The notes under the pieces are model-generated. The model had not been told where the DNA came from. It was given only the letters and a program-made list of their open reading frames with translations, and did not search any database. From a virus (lineage: Duplodnaviria; Caudoviricetes), in the IMG/VR virus record IMGVR_UViG_3300003375_000055, positions 1 to 41,011 of that record: 41,011 nucleotides of DNA; one strand, given 5' to 3'. The translations under genes and the position numbers were made by a program. Shown piece after piece: positions 8,959 to 17,438 of this stretch (positions are counted from its first letter, which is position 1; each line of letters opens with the position of its first letter).

Positions 8959-9145
8959 ACTTATACTCCTTATCTACAGCAGCTAATACATCTTCCTCTG
9001 CCATAGCTAAGAACTCATCCTTCTCATCTGCTGTTGCCCATGTAGGAAACTCTGTGTTAAAGAACACGCATTGATCTGCGTTGTCGATGAACACTTTCGT
9101 ACTGAACAATCCTCTTGTGTATTCGTACACTCTAGGTAAACTCAT
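8951..9145 (-). CDS. Hypothetical protein
   Basis: SD GGAG, overlap packing. Confidence 0.65.
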   Translation of the reverse strand: MSLPRVYEYTRGLFSTKVFIDNADQCVFFNTEFPTWATADEKDEFLAMAEEDVLAAVDKEYKYA

Positions 9146-9357
9146 CCTATCTCCTTTGGGTTATTAATTATACAACGCTCGTCAAAATATCTATCGTAAT
9201 CATCCACGCCAACTTCATCACCAGCGTCATCCTTTATAACGGGGTTACCAAACCTATACCTAAGTATCTTATATCTCTTACCATATGTCAACACTAGGTC
9301 GCGTTCATCGTTAGCTGATTCAGGATCAAAACATATTAAATATTCATTCACTGCCAT
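9142..9357 (-). CDS. Small beta-barrel-like protein (LTYGKRY motif)
   Basis: C...LTYGKRYKI...IKDDAG; SD AGGAG. Confidence 0.65.
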   Translation of the reverse strand: MAVNEYLICFDPESANDERDLVLTYGKRYKILRYRFGNPVIKDDAGDEVGVDDYDRYFDERCIINNPKEIG

Positions 9358-9366
9358 ATATTCTCC

Positions 9367-9395
9367 TTGACTTCTTAAACAGTTTGTGTTAAGCT
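9367..9395 (+). promoter_or_regulatory. Sigma70-like promoter pointing antisense into the early region
   Basis: TTGACT-17 nt-TAAGCT with TG extension. Confidence 0.45.
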
Positions 9396-9410
9396 TAACA
9401 TATTATTATA

Positions 9411-9595
9411 CAGGGTGCTGGTATTAGTCGTAACTCATCAAGGCCACCATCCTAACTTGGGGTTAAGAAAGAAGCTTATCCTAGCTGCGGAGTTTTTAAC
9501 CGCTAACCCAATAAGACAAGTGATGCCCGGTTAGGGGCTTTCAATACTATCTTACTACTGCGGGGCCATCCAAAGGTAAAAGTACCTAAGTGTTC
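9411..9595. ncRNA. Candidate structured RNA in an ORF-free gap
   Basis: ~240-nt ORF-free gap in an otherwise packed operon; several hairpins found by eye. Confidence 0.35.
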
Positions 9596-10033
9596 CTATG
9601 GCGCAACCGTAAACAATTCCAGGACATATGCATCTCTTCTTTGCGAATAAGAAATGCTATCTAATACTTCCGGATACATAATACTTACCGGCACATTAGC
9701 AACAACATCTGTTCTATGTATGCGTCCTAATACACAATGCCCTAGCTCATGAAAGAGAAGCTCTTCTCTTCCCGCATCATCTAATGTATTCCAATACTTA
9801 CGTACTATTACTATATAATTATCTGCGGGACTGTCCATCTCGTAGCACATCCCGACGGCATTACCGCTTAGCGTCCCAAACATAACAGGCACATATGCTA
9901 ATGCTCTGCTGTTATACTTAGATGCTGCGGCATTAAACCTAAGCTTGTACGATGCAAACACCGGATCATCTGCCGGGGCTGTAGCATCGTGAGCACATCC
10001 TAACATAACAAACAACCAGGGTAAGAGTTTCAT
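9596..10033 (-). CDS. Lipoprotein zinc metallopeptidase (metzincin-like)
   Basis: Lipobox-like VMLGC; HELGHCVLGRIH zinc motif; SIMYP Met-turn; start re-called after GGAGG. Confidence 0.8.
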   Translation of the reverse strand: MKLLPWLFVMLGCAHDATAPADDPVFASYKLRFNAAASKYNSRALAYVPVMFGTLSGNAVGMCYEMDSPADNYIVIVRKYWNTLDDAGREELLFHELGHCVLGRIHRTDVVANVPVSIMYPEVLDSISYSQRRDAYVLELFTVAP

Positions 10034-10275
10034 AACCCTCCTTAACAATGTCTTGTACGATTACAAAGCATTGGTAAAGAGTCCGTATCAATGTACGGAC
10101 CCAGTGCATTATACATTGTCTGTATATATAATGCTCGTCTTATATTTCTTTGATAGATGCAATAGCTGATACTTATACATGAAGTGATTGCTGTTGTTAG
10201 CTACGCGCTTAGTGCGGTCCATGTAGCTAAAGACAAAACACGTAACACATAGTATCATTAGCAATGCATAGTCCA

Positions 10276-10578
10276 TCATCCCTCCACGTTAATGCCTAAG
10301 CCTCGTAGCCTAATTACAAGTCGCTTAAACATCTCTGACTCGGATGCAACCTTAACAGCTGTGGTAGATCCTTTAGCATCGTTCCATGCTGTAGATAGTA
10401 GGGACATTGCAATGGTAGCGAGAGGAGCGTCTGGTTCGAGTACGTAATCTAATGCGTTAAACTCCTCTAAAGAAATACCATCGTTAAGAAAATCCTCTGC
10501 TGTATAATATCCATCAGTGTCTACATTAGATGCACGACTGAACAAACGTCCAGATGCAATTGCTTCATTAAGATTCAT
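10276..10578 (-). CDS. Hypothetical protein
   Basis: SD GGAG, ATGA overlap. Confidence 0.7.
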   Translation of the reverse strand: MNLNEAIASGRLFSRASNVDTDGYYTAEDFLNDGISLEEFNALDYVLEPDAPLATIAMSLLSTAWNDAKGSTTAVKVASESEMFKRLVIRLRGLGINVEG

Positions 10579-10781
10579 AACTCTCCCTTTGTTATAGTAG
10601 CGACATTGCTACTGTTTATTAAATATATATATCCTATTGACACACCTATGTACGTTAAGTAATAGGAGTCTTCTGTGTATATGAATAGCATTAACGCTGC
10701 TACTAGTATTGTTATAGCTGCTATGTTATACACATGTCTTCCGGATAGTTGCGGATAGCTGGCATCGTAATAGCTTTCCAT
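10575..10781 (-). CDS. Small membrane protein (2 TM)
   Basis: Two hydrophobic segments. Confidence 0.55.
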   Translation of the reverse strand: MESYYDASYPQLSGRHVYNIAAITILVAALMLFIYTEDSYYLTYIGVSIGYIYLINSSNVATITKGEL

Positions 10782-11011
10782 GTACCTGTATACTCATAGT
10801 AAGGATCATTGGACACACCCCACACAGCATATGTTTTGTTGTTGTGCTTTAATATTCCCCAGCATCGTCGCGTCGTTAGTATGATGTAACAATCTACCGG
10901 AATGTGTTTACGAAACAATGCTCTAACTTGTATAGGTAACTCTTCATATGCCACAGCAGTATGTGTACCTAATACTGCTTTAGCTTTCTCATGTAGCGTT
11001 ACTATTTCCAT
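10721..11011 (-). CDS. Hypothetical protein
   Basis: ORF in operon. Confidence 0.55.
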   Translation of the reverse strand: MEIVTLHEKAKAVLGTHTAVAYEELPIQVRALFRKHIPVDCYIILTTRRCWGILKHNNKTYAVWGVSNDPYYEYTGTWKAITMPAIRNYPEDMCIT

Positions 11012-11226
11012 AACGCATCTACCTGATAGGCCATTACTTTAAAACCCTTAGCATCATATTCAAGCAACGTCTCATCTACATTGTCCGTCACTACTTCAAT
11101 GCTGCTGTATGGTGTGTACATTGTTAGCTTATACATATCATCTCCTTTGTTATAATGGTTATTAAATATATGATGCTGTAGATAACACACACACCCACTG
11201 GCCATTGTATCATCCACAACAACATC

Positions 11227-11535
11227 TTACTTGTTATTACTAGCGTCTTTAAGAAAGCTTTTATATTTGTATGTAGAGTCTCCATGTCGTTTCCAAAACT
11301 CCCCTTCATATTGTGCCGCGTCTTCGAACCTAAGTAGGTCGTATACAATAACGCTGCTGTAATAGGTTGTTAGATGTGTGCTTAATACAATTGCTTGTTC
11401 TCTTTCCTGTTCGTTATACACACTAGGTTGCTCTATAGCTTTTACTATAACGTTCTGTATGTCCTTTACATTGGAATACATTAGGTTATTATATAGCACA
11501 GCTAGGATGCTTAAGGATAGTAGTGTTCGTTTCAT
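11227..11535 (-). CDS. Hypothetical exported or membrane-anchored protein
   Basis: MKRTLLSLSILAV signal-like N-terminus; ATGA overlap. Confidence 0.65.
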   Translation of the reverse strand: MKRTLLSLSILAVLYNNLMYSNVKDIQNVIVKAIEQPSVYNEQEREQAIVLSTHLTTYYSSVIVYDLLRFEDAAQYEGEFWKRHGDSTYKYKSFLKDASNNK

Positions 11536-11741
11536 AACGCTTCCTTATACATATTGTTTAATGTTAATAGTCCGTTAGCTAATACAACTGCTCTACTATC
11601 ACGAGACACTTCTATTACGAGATTAGCAAACTCATAGTAGTTGGTGCTTCCTATAGCACAGTAGTTGTATTCTTTATCGGACAACACCTTAGCAAGCTTG
11701 ATGAACATTGTACTTAGATCATTCGCTGTTACAGGTTTCAT
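11532..11741 (-). CDS. Hypothetical protein
   Basis: ATGA overlaps. Confidence 0.65.
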   Translation of the reverse strand: MKPVTANDLSTMFIKLAKVLSDKEYNYCAIGSTNYYEFANLVIEVSRDSRAVVLANGLLTLNNMYKEAL

Positions 11742-12010
11742 GCTACTTCCTTATAGGTAATGTTTGTTATCTCTTCCGTACTCTTAACCCATTCGGGATA
11801 AGAGATATGTATGTGCTTAGATTGTACAAGTCTTGCGTAGGTTTCTTTAAGGGTGAGCTTGCGGTTAAGCAACTCTCCGTTATAACCTATATAATATTCC
11901 AGCAAGTCTAATACAAGTCCGTCACTGTTACTTATCGTTATAGCTGGCCGGTCTGTAAAGGTCACTAGCACCTCTGTACGGGCAGCGTTCACCAACACCT
12001 TGTCGAGCAT
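11738..12010 (-). CDS. Hypothetical protein
   Basis: Start re-called at MLDKVLV after GGAGGAG. Confidence 0.65.
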   Translation of the reverse strand: MLDKVLVNAARTEVLVTFTDRPAITISNSDGLVLDLLEYYIGYNGELLNRKLTLKETYARLVQSKHIHISYPEWVKSTEEITNITYKEVA

Positions 12011-12431
12011 ACTCCTCCATTGTCTATTTAATATACGCCTGCCCCACGTTAATGAGAGGTAGGTTATAAAGTCTATCAAGCCCGTTGTAGTGGGATGTGA
12101 TATACTTACGTCAAGACCTACAGTTAGGATAGGTCCTGAAGTAAACACAACACACAGCGCATGTAGCCTAAGCCACACACGCCGCATATCCTATGGCCGT
12201 TACAAGTAGCACCAGTACATAAAACATATTACCTCCTGCTGCTAGGACGTATGCCTAGCAATGTATAATTACAAGCCGCCAGAAACTTAAGCCCTGTCAT
12301 CATGCCCTCGCCTATGTCCCAATACTCATACACACATATCTTACCATACTCATTCCTGTAAGTCACTACCCAACCCATAACACCTCCATGCTTTACGTTA
12401 GTCTCATCAGCTAGGGCCAACCCTAGGACAA

Positions 12432-12451
12432 AGCGGCAGGGGGATGCCGCT
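12432..12451 (-). terminator. GC-rich hairpin after the first early gene (possible terminator or processing site)
   Basis: AGCGGCA/TGCCGCT 7-bp stem, only a short U run. Confidence 0.45.
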
Positions 12452-12461
12452 CTGTTTCGAC

Positions 12462-12803
12462 TTAAGCCGCTATCGTTTTGATAAGGGATTGCTTCTGCTC
12501 ATCACTCAAGGCTGGGTTGTTAGCAATGGCTAGGAGTAATGCTTGCTTAGCCTTGTCCAGTTTCTTAGCTGCCTTGTTCTCCCCTGATCGTCGGATGACG
12601 TGGGAATTGCGGTTGACGTAGGCTACGAGTTCAGCATCAGTAATGCCTAGGGCATGAAACTGATCCTGGAACAACATCAGTGTGTGGTAAGACCCAGGGA
12701 ATGTAATCTTCATGATACCACTCTTCTCGCTTACAGCACAGACGTAGCCATTGTCTAGGGTTTGTGCATTGATCCAGTTTACTTTCTCAGCTTGCTTAAA
12801 CAT
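12462..12803 (-). CDS. First early gene, hypothetical (113 aa)
   Basis: Start re-called at MFKQAEK after GGGAGAGAG, ~60 nt downstream of a sigma54 promoter. Confidence 0.75.
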   Translation of the reverse strand: MFKQAEKVNWINAQTLDNGYVCAVSEKSGIMKITFPGSYHTLMLFQDQFHALGITDAELVAYVNRNSHVIRRSGENKAAKKLDKAKQALLLAIANNPALSDEQKQSLIKTIAA

Positions 12804-12875
12804 ACTCTCTCCCTGCCCAGTGTGTCGGGCTGTTGGTTGCCGACCGGAATAATTCCGACCGATGCAAAGTAGCAC

Positions 12876-12891
12876 TGCAAGCAAGGTGCCA
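12876..12891 (-). promoter_or_regulatory. Sigma54 (RpoN) -24/-12 promoter
   Basis: TGGCAC-CTTGC-TTGCA, matches TGGCAC-N5-TTGCW. Confidence 0.8.
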
Positions 12892-12962
12892 ACCGAGTTT
12901 CTCGAATGATTTCGCGGTAGTGTTTCAGGATGAGGCGCCGAACTTTTATACGACTCAAGTGA

Positions 12963-12975
12963 ATTCAACCACTTG
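12963..12975 (+). promoter_or_regulatory. IHF-like binding site between the two sigma54 promoters
   Basis: ATTCAACCACTTG vs WATCAANNNNTTR (1 mismatch). Confidence 0.4.
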
Positions 12976-13014
12976 CAACTTGACACCTTTACAGTAGCGG
13001 AATGAGACGCCACC

Positions 13015-13030
13015 TGCAAGCACCGTGCCA
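13015..13030 (-). promoter_or_regulatory. Second sigma54 (RpoN) -24/-12 promoter
   Basis: TGGCAC-GGTGC-TTGCA. Confidence 0.78.
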
Positions 13031-13145
13031 ACCAAGCGCCGCAAATATAAAGTGCGATGCGCCGCACCGACAATGATAGGACCATGTAGGATGGGACAAG
13101 ATAAGATACGGAAAGGAAAGATGTATCAGGCTGAGGCGGCTACGA

Positions 13146-13215
13146 CAAGCTAGGGTAAGGCTAGCTGGGGAAGAGCGTGGTAGGGCAAGCTAGGGCAGGG
13201 TAGGGGGGTGGGGGG
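13146..13215 (+). repeat. G-rich tract with CAAGCTAGGG direct repeats (candidate terminus/pac region, G-quadruplex-capable)
   Basis: CAAGCTAGGG at 13146 and 13186; five runs of 3 or more G between 13183 and 13215. Confidence 0.6.
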
Positions 13216-13405
13216 AGTTTTTACGTTGGCGTACGTATATAGTGCAATACAGAGAATTTTTAGAATCTGGGCCTAATAACCCATGCTCGTTGGCATCTAA
13301 GAATATACAACCTACACCGGGGGCTGCAGGAGACATATCCCAGTTCTAATACATTACATCCTAGCAACACATGTTGCCTAAAACGTATTATTTTTTTCCT
13401 GAGCT

Positions 13406-13531
13406 TCAGCACAAGCTCCTACCCCTACATCCATGGTCCCGTACACCGGGTGACGTTAGGTCGGGGGCTGTATTCACCGTTACACAACCACACAGTCCTA
13501 AAAGCAATAGGATGGTTATTGCGCGGGACAT
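13406..13531 (-). CDS. Small putative lipoprotein (41 aa)
   Basis: MSRAITILLLLGLCGC lipobox-like; read by hand, not in ORF track. Confidence 0.5.
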   Translation of the reverse strand: MSRAITILLLLGLCGCVTVNTAPDLTSPGVRDHGCRGRSLC

Positions 13532-13621
13532 GATTGCTTCATTCTGCATTCAGGTTTGCGGGTAATGGATTTGCCGGCACAGCCAACTAACATACATAGG
13601 GCTATTAGGGCATAAAAGGCT

Positions 13622-13816
13622 CTAGGATGGGTTTTCATCATGTTCTCCTTGTTCTGGGTGGGTAAAGGTGGTGTCGTCAATCCTAGGCCTATTAGCGCGG
13701 ATTATACGTAATATACGTAAACGGAACGCTGGGGAGCATTTCGTAAACGACAACACCCCCATGGTTGGGACGAGCGTTTGATGTAGCCGTAATAACTTTT
13801 TACGTAATGTCATCAT
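13622..13816 (-). CDS. Hypothetical protein
   Basis: ORF in operon. Confidence 0.5.
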   Translation of the reverse strand: MMTLRKKLLRLHQTLVPTMGVLSFTKCSPAFRLRILRIIRANRPRIDDTTFTHPEQGEHDENPS

Positions 13817-13951
13817 CGGAGCATCTTAGCGTGGATGAGATAAGCAACTATAACACTAGCCAACGTCACCGGGATGAAGCCAAGTATAATCCCAGCATAT
13901 AGGAATGGTACGCCAGAGCATAAGATGCCTATTAGGAAAATTATAATAAAA

Positions 13952-14176
13952 TTACGCATTTTCGTCCTTTTCCAGCACTTCCTTGCCCACCTCGTAGGCT
14001 GACTGGATCATTGCGCAGGTTATCACACTGACACTAGTGCCGATAAAGATAATCTGCACTACGTCAGGAGCGTTGATTATTCCAATCACCAAAGCTGCGA
14101 ATATAGTCATGGTTACCGCAAGCAGTGAAATCCCTACCAGGGTGTAGAACAGTTTTTTTATCATGCGTGCCCCCAC
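13952..14176 (-). CDS. Small membrane protein (2 TM)
   Basis: Two hydrophobic helices; true start probably MIKKLF. Confidence 0.6.
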   Translation of the reverse strand: MGARMIKKLFYTLVGISLLAVTMTIFAALVIGIINAPDVVQIIFIGTSVSVITCAMIQSAYEVGKEVLEKDENA

Positions 14177-14496
14177 GACACGTCTAGGACATAATACATG
14201 TCATGTGATACAACACTCGGGGGAACATCTCTGAGGGGATCAGACGATACTACCGTAACATAGCCGGTAGAGGAGACGTTTGCCCCGAGATTTATGTTAG
14301 CTCTAGTTATTTTATAACCCGCAAGATGCAAATTATATTCCGTTTCTATACTTCTTTCGCCTAGATAGGGCAACACCACTCTGGTGCGTCCGGCCTTAGC
14401 CGCGTCCCTAATATCTTCCATTGCTTTAATTTCCGCATTATATAAATATGCTTTGCCCGCGTCAACACTGGCTTGTTTCGCTTCTTTAGCTGTCAT
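14161..14496 (-). CDS. Hypothetical protein
   Basis: SD AGGAG. Confidence 0.7.
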   Translation of the reverse strand: MTAKEAKQASVDAGKAYLYNAEIKAMEDIRDAAKAGRTRVVLPYLGERSIETEYNLHLAGYKITRANINLGANVSSTGYVTVVSSDPLRDVPPSVVSHDMYYVLDVSWGHA

Positions 14497-14506
14497 GCGT
14501 TCTCCT

Positions 14507-14728
14507 TTATGGTAAGAAATATTCCATTTTAAGTAGCATTTCGTTCATATCATCTATTTCGACAATGTATGCCGTGTTGTCACATTCTTCTTTTGTCCAA
14601 CCATCTGACATATTTAGGTAGAGTTCGACGCTTGGTACAAACTCTACATCTCGATATTTTTCTGGGAGTGTTGCAACGTTAAGGTGCGCGAAGGCTTTTG
14701 GGGTCATAAGCATTACTACTTTCGCCAT
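14507..14728 (-). CDS. Hypothetical protein
   Basis: ORF in operon. Confidence 0.6.
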   Translation of the reverse strand: MAKVVMLMTPKAFAHLNVATLPEKYRDVEFVPSVELYLNMSDGWTKEECDNTAYIVEIDDMNEMLLKMEYFLP

Positions 14729-14755
14729 GTTTCACCACAGGGGGGGGGGTTGGTG

Positions 14756-14929
14756 TTATGCGTTTTGGCCATTTTGCTGTTTTTCCTTCCAGGTAGGGAA
14801 ATCAATTGCTAATGATTTATTATATTTAGCAATCTCCTTACTATCTTTGCGGGATAGCGCCTCTCGGCGTTGTTCCATAAGCTGCTTTCGCCACTTGTGG
14901 AAAGACATCTTTTCTTTCGTATCGCTCAC
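14756..14929 (-). CDS. Hypothetical basic protein (57 aa, GTG start)
   Basis: SD AGGAG, directly downstream of a sigma70 promoter; not in ORF track. Confidence 0.6.
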   Translation of the reverse strand: MSDTKEKMSFHKWRKQLMEQRREALSRKDSKEIAKYNKSLAIDFPTWKEKQQNGQNA

Positions 14930-15120
14930 GGGTTCTCCTTATCTTTTACGATATACAGTGTAACACGTGGGATTGGTTTTGTCAAGGACTTTTTTTCTAT
15001 ATCTTGTAAAATAAAGTGGTCAATAGCTACCACCAGCATGGCGGCCAAACACCAAGTGTTGACAAACACCACCACGAAATAGACGGCAAACACCCCAAGA
15101 GTTATTAGGAACAGTTCCAT
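14926..15120 (-). CDS. Small membrane protein
   Basis: Hydrophobic N-terminal half; TAATG overlap. Confidence 0.5.
   Translation of the reverse strand: MELFLITLGVFAVYFVVVFVNTWCLAAMLVVAIDHFILQDIEKKSLTKPIPRVTLYIVKDKENP
14957..14985 (-). promoter_or_regulatory. Sigma70-type promoter
   Basis: TTGACA-17 nt-TACACT with TG extension. Confidence 0.75.
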
Positions 15121-15869
15121 TATTTAATAACTTCTTTCGCTACTTCAATGTACAAATCCCCTAGTGGCGGAATACCGTTATTATTAACGTTCGTATAATA
15201 ACGTGCTATCTGAGCCTGATAGTCGGACTTTCGATATAAATACCGGTTGACGTAAGTAAAGGGGGTAGGGAGGTTATTAAGGTCGTACATTAATCTGACA
15301 GCAATAAGGCTATCGGCTCCCCAAAGAAACCCTTTACGGAAATAATTATCTAGGCACAACACAGCATCCAACACCACCAACACCGGATAGAGTGGATATA
15401 GCCTAAATCCGCGGATTATTGTGGTGAGCTCGCCTGGAGCCATGATGTCCGGCATCACCCGCTTACTTGTAGGACCTGTGTCGTAGGTGTTTTGATGAAA
15501 CCCTAAACGTAGGAAGAAGCGCTTTGTTAAGTTAAAGAGGCTGCGTTTATCTTTGAGGGCTGCAGCACCCAGTAATAACATCGCATGTTGATCCCGAGAA
15601 AAACATCCACTAAAGCTATACCACTTAGAAGTGTCTGGATGGCGTCGAAACACTCCACTAGATACGGTGAGTTTGTCCAAGTCGGCTCTAAAGCCGCCAA
15701 GTATTAGCCTACCTTGGTCGTCGTTATGAGCGTCAATAATGCCAAGTAACGCATATAATATCCCCGTGCGATTGGCCGAATCTCCCCCGTCTTTGTCGTT
15801 CTGGGTGATGATGCCGAAAGTGTCCCGATAGGTGGATAGTTGTTTTAGGATGTCGCTGATGTTAGCCAA
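15120..15869 (-). CDS. Hypothetical enzyme-like protein (DGGDS, RRHP, SRDQ motifs)
   Basis: 249-aa mainly helical ORF, SD GGAGG; no family confidently recognised. Confidence 0.75.
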   Translation of the reverse strand: MANISDILKQLSTYRDTFGIITQNDKDGGDSANRTGILYALLGIIDAHNDDQGRLILGGFRADLDKLTVSSGVFRRHPDTSKWYSFSGCFSRDQHAMLLLGAAALKDKRSLFNLTKRFFLRLGFHQNTYDTGPTSKRVMPDIMAPGELTTIIRGFRLYPLYPVLVVLDAVLCLDNYFRKGFLWGADSLIAVRLMYDLNNLPTPFTYVNRYLYRKSDYQAQIARYYTNVNNNGIPPLGDLYIEVAKEVIK

Positions 15870-16140
15870 TTTGTACCTCCAAAAAGTATTCTTCTATTTT
15901 TACGATCTCTAGGCTTCTTATGTCTTTGAATGTCACTTTATTAAAATCATTAGAATACACCCGGTAGTCTTTTCGGTTAAGGCTCGCGATAAAAGCCCGC
16001 GCCTCGTATTTAGCTGGAGTATTTTTAGTACCAGCCACCTCTACTAGCTGGCTACTATTGTCCGAGAACACTATCTGGACAATAGCTTTCCCCACGTTTC
16101 TAGATCCGTATTGCGGCTTCTTTCGGAATAGCCGCATCAT
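15862..16140 (-). CDS. Hypothetical protein
   Basis: Overlap packing. Confidence 0.65.
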   Translation of the reverse strand: MMRLFRKKPQYGSRNVGKAIVQIVFSDNSSQLVEVAGTKNTPAKYEARAFIASLNRKDYRVYSNDFNKVTFKDIRSLEIVKIEEYFLEVQIG

Positions 16141-16355
16141 TTAACGCTCTCATTTTTATCGGGCGGGCCACTCGGGGTGTTTCCAGCTAAAATTGCGGCC
16201 CGAGTTTCCTTTATAGTTTCTAGTACGATCATAATGTCGCCAATTAGATACGCTATTAACGCGGCAATCGCGGTCGCCAAATTAAAATCGTCAACCAACA
16301 CTAAAAATCCGAACATCATCACCGGTAAGCGCAACAACCGTCCTAAAGTTTTCAT
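16137..16355 (-). CDS. Small membrane protein
   Basis: Two hydrophobic segments, ATGA overlaps. Confidence 0.65.
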   Translation of the reverse strand: MKTLGRLLRLPVMMFGFLVLVDDFNLATAIAALIAYLIGDIMIVLETIKETRAAILAGNTPSGPPDKNESVK

Positions 16356-16645
16356 TTACAATCCACCTTTTCATATTTTTCGTCCACGTATAATATTTTT
16401 TGGTCATCCGTCACACCTAATACAAGGCTACTTAACAAATAATAAACATTGCCCACCTCTTCTACGCGCTCCACAAAGGCCGCCGTATGCCGCGGGGTGT
16501 GTTCAGTTGCTTGATAAACATACGCCACGCAGTCGCCCACTTGATATTTAGGAGTGTGGAAGTTGTCCCGCAGGAGTGACGCCACACCCGTTACTAAAGC
16601 GATCGTGATAATGCTAATATATCCTATATGCATACCTCGTGTCAT
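16352..16645 (-). CDS. Membrane-anchored protein (KYQVGDC...KVDC)
   Basis: N-terminal TM, paired Cys. Confidence 0.7.
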   Translation of the reverse strand: MTRGMHIGYISIITIALVTGVASLLRDNFHTPKYQVGDCVAYVYQATEHTPRHTAAFVERVEEVGNVYYLLSSLVLGVTDDQKILYVDEKYEKVDCK

Positions 16646-16836
16646 TTGGTAACCTCCCAGCTTCCTTGGTTCTCTTTCGTTATAACTACTTGCTGATCTT
16701 GGTCATAGGACACCCATTTACCCAAAAACACCACTCGATCGGGTGTAGATTCCAGGATTTGCTTTACTTGGACGACCGCGCCGTCATCTGGTGTGTACTT
16801 ATATCGCAAAAACATTCCAGGTTTAATTTTCATCAT
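16642..16836 (-). CDS. Hypothetical protein
   Basis: ATGA overlap. Confidence 0.65.
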   Translation of the reverse strand: MMKIKPGMFLRYKYTPDDGAVVQVKQILESTPDRVVFLGKWVSYDQDQQVVITKENQGSWEVTK

Positions 16837-16840
16837 GTAC

Positions 16841-17047
16841 CTACAACCTCTCTGTTATCGTTTTTTTAGGAAAAATTCCTAAACTGCTTTCATAAAGCGT
16901 GATGATTACTCTATCACCTTTTGCGTCTCCTGTCAAGATAATTCTTGATTGTAAATTACTATCTATTGTTATTTCAATTTCAGGCGTATTGCCATTAGAT
17001 TCAAAAAAATTTAATGCACGCTTCAGTTCGTCTGTTTTAATGTTCAT
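16841..17047 (-). CDS. Hypothetical protein
   Basis: SD AGGAG. Confidence 0.65.
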   Translation of the reverse strand: MNIKTDELKRALNFFESNGNTPEIEITIDSNLQSRIILTGDAKGDRVIITLYESSLGIFPKKTITERL

Positions 17048-17438
17048 ATCTTTCTCCTATTAAGCAAGCAATCCCATCATCATAGCAACCTACACCTTGA
17101 GTAAATTTAAAGCCAGCAGCCTCGTAGAGGGCTCTGGCACGAGTGTTATTGGGGTGTACTTCCAACCAATAATCCCCGCCTACTTTTTCAAATAAATACT
17201 TAAATAAAGCCTTGACATGACCTTTCCCATGTTCACCTATACGTGTAGCGACACTCGGAATACTATATAGTCCCGGTCTTTCAGGATGTAGTAGTATAAA
17301 TGCCACCATCTTATCGCCTTCATAAGCGGCAACCCCGCTAAAAATTTTTGAAGGTTTGTTGAAGGTAAAGGAAATCTGCGGAGTCGCGATGTCCATTACT
17401 TCATTATAATGCGCTTGGCTAATCATTTTTATTCGCAT
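17037..17438 (-). CDS. GNAT-family N-acetyltransferase
   Basis: HGKGHV acetyl-CoA loop; LEVHPNNTRARALYEAAGF motif B. Confidence 0.85.
   Translation of the reverse strand: MRIKMISQAHYNEVMDIATPQISFTFNKPSKIFSGVAAYEGDKMVAFILLHPERPGLYSIPSVATRIGEHGKGHVKALFKYLFEKVGGDYWLEVHPNNTRARALYEAAGFKFTQGVGCYDDGIACLIGERYEH

Noticed and set aside
9425-9550. Hammerhead ribozyme (minus-strand GAAA...TGATGAG)
   Set aside because: Core reads UUGAUGA rather than CUGAUGA, stem III lacks the A-U pair in register, and stem II is poor
12220-12230. Extra late-motif-like AAAACATATT
   Set aside because: Imperfect match, better explained as the reverse complement of a minus-strand SD plus ATG
12804-13085. N-terminal extension of the 207-aa ORF 12462-13085
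   Set aside because: Overlaps both sigma54 promoters; a good SD supports a start at 12803
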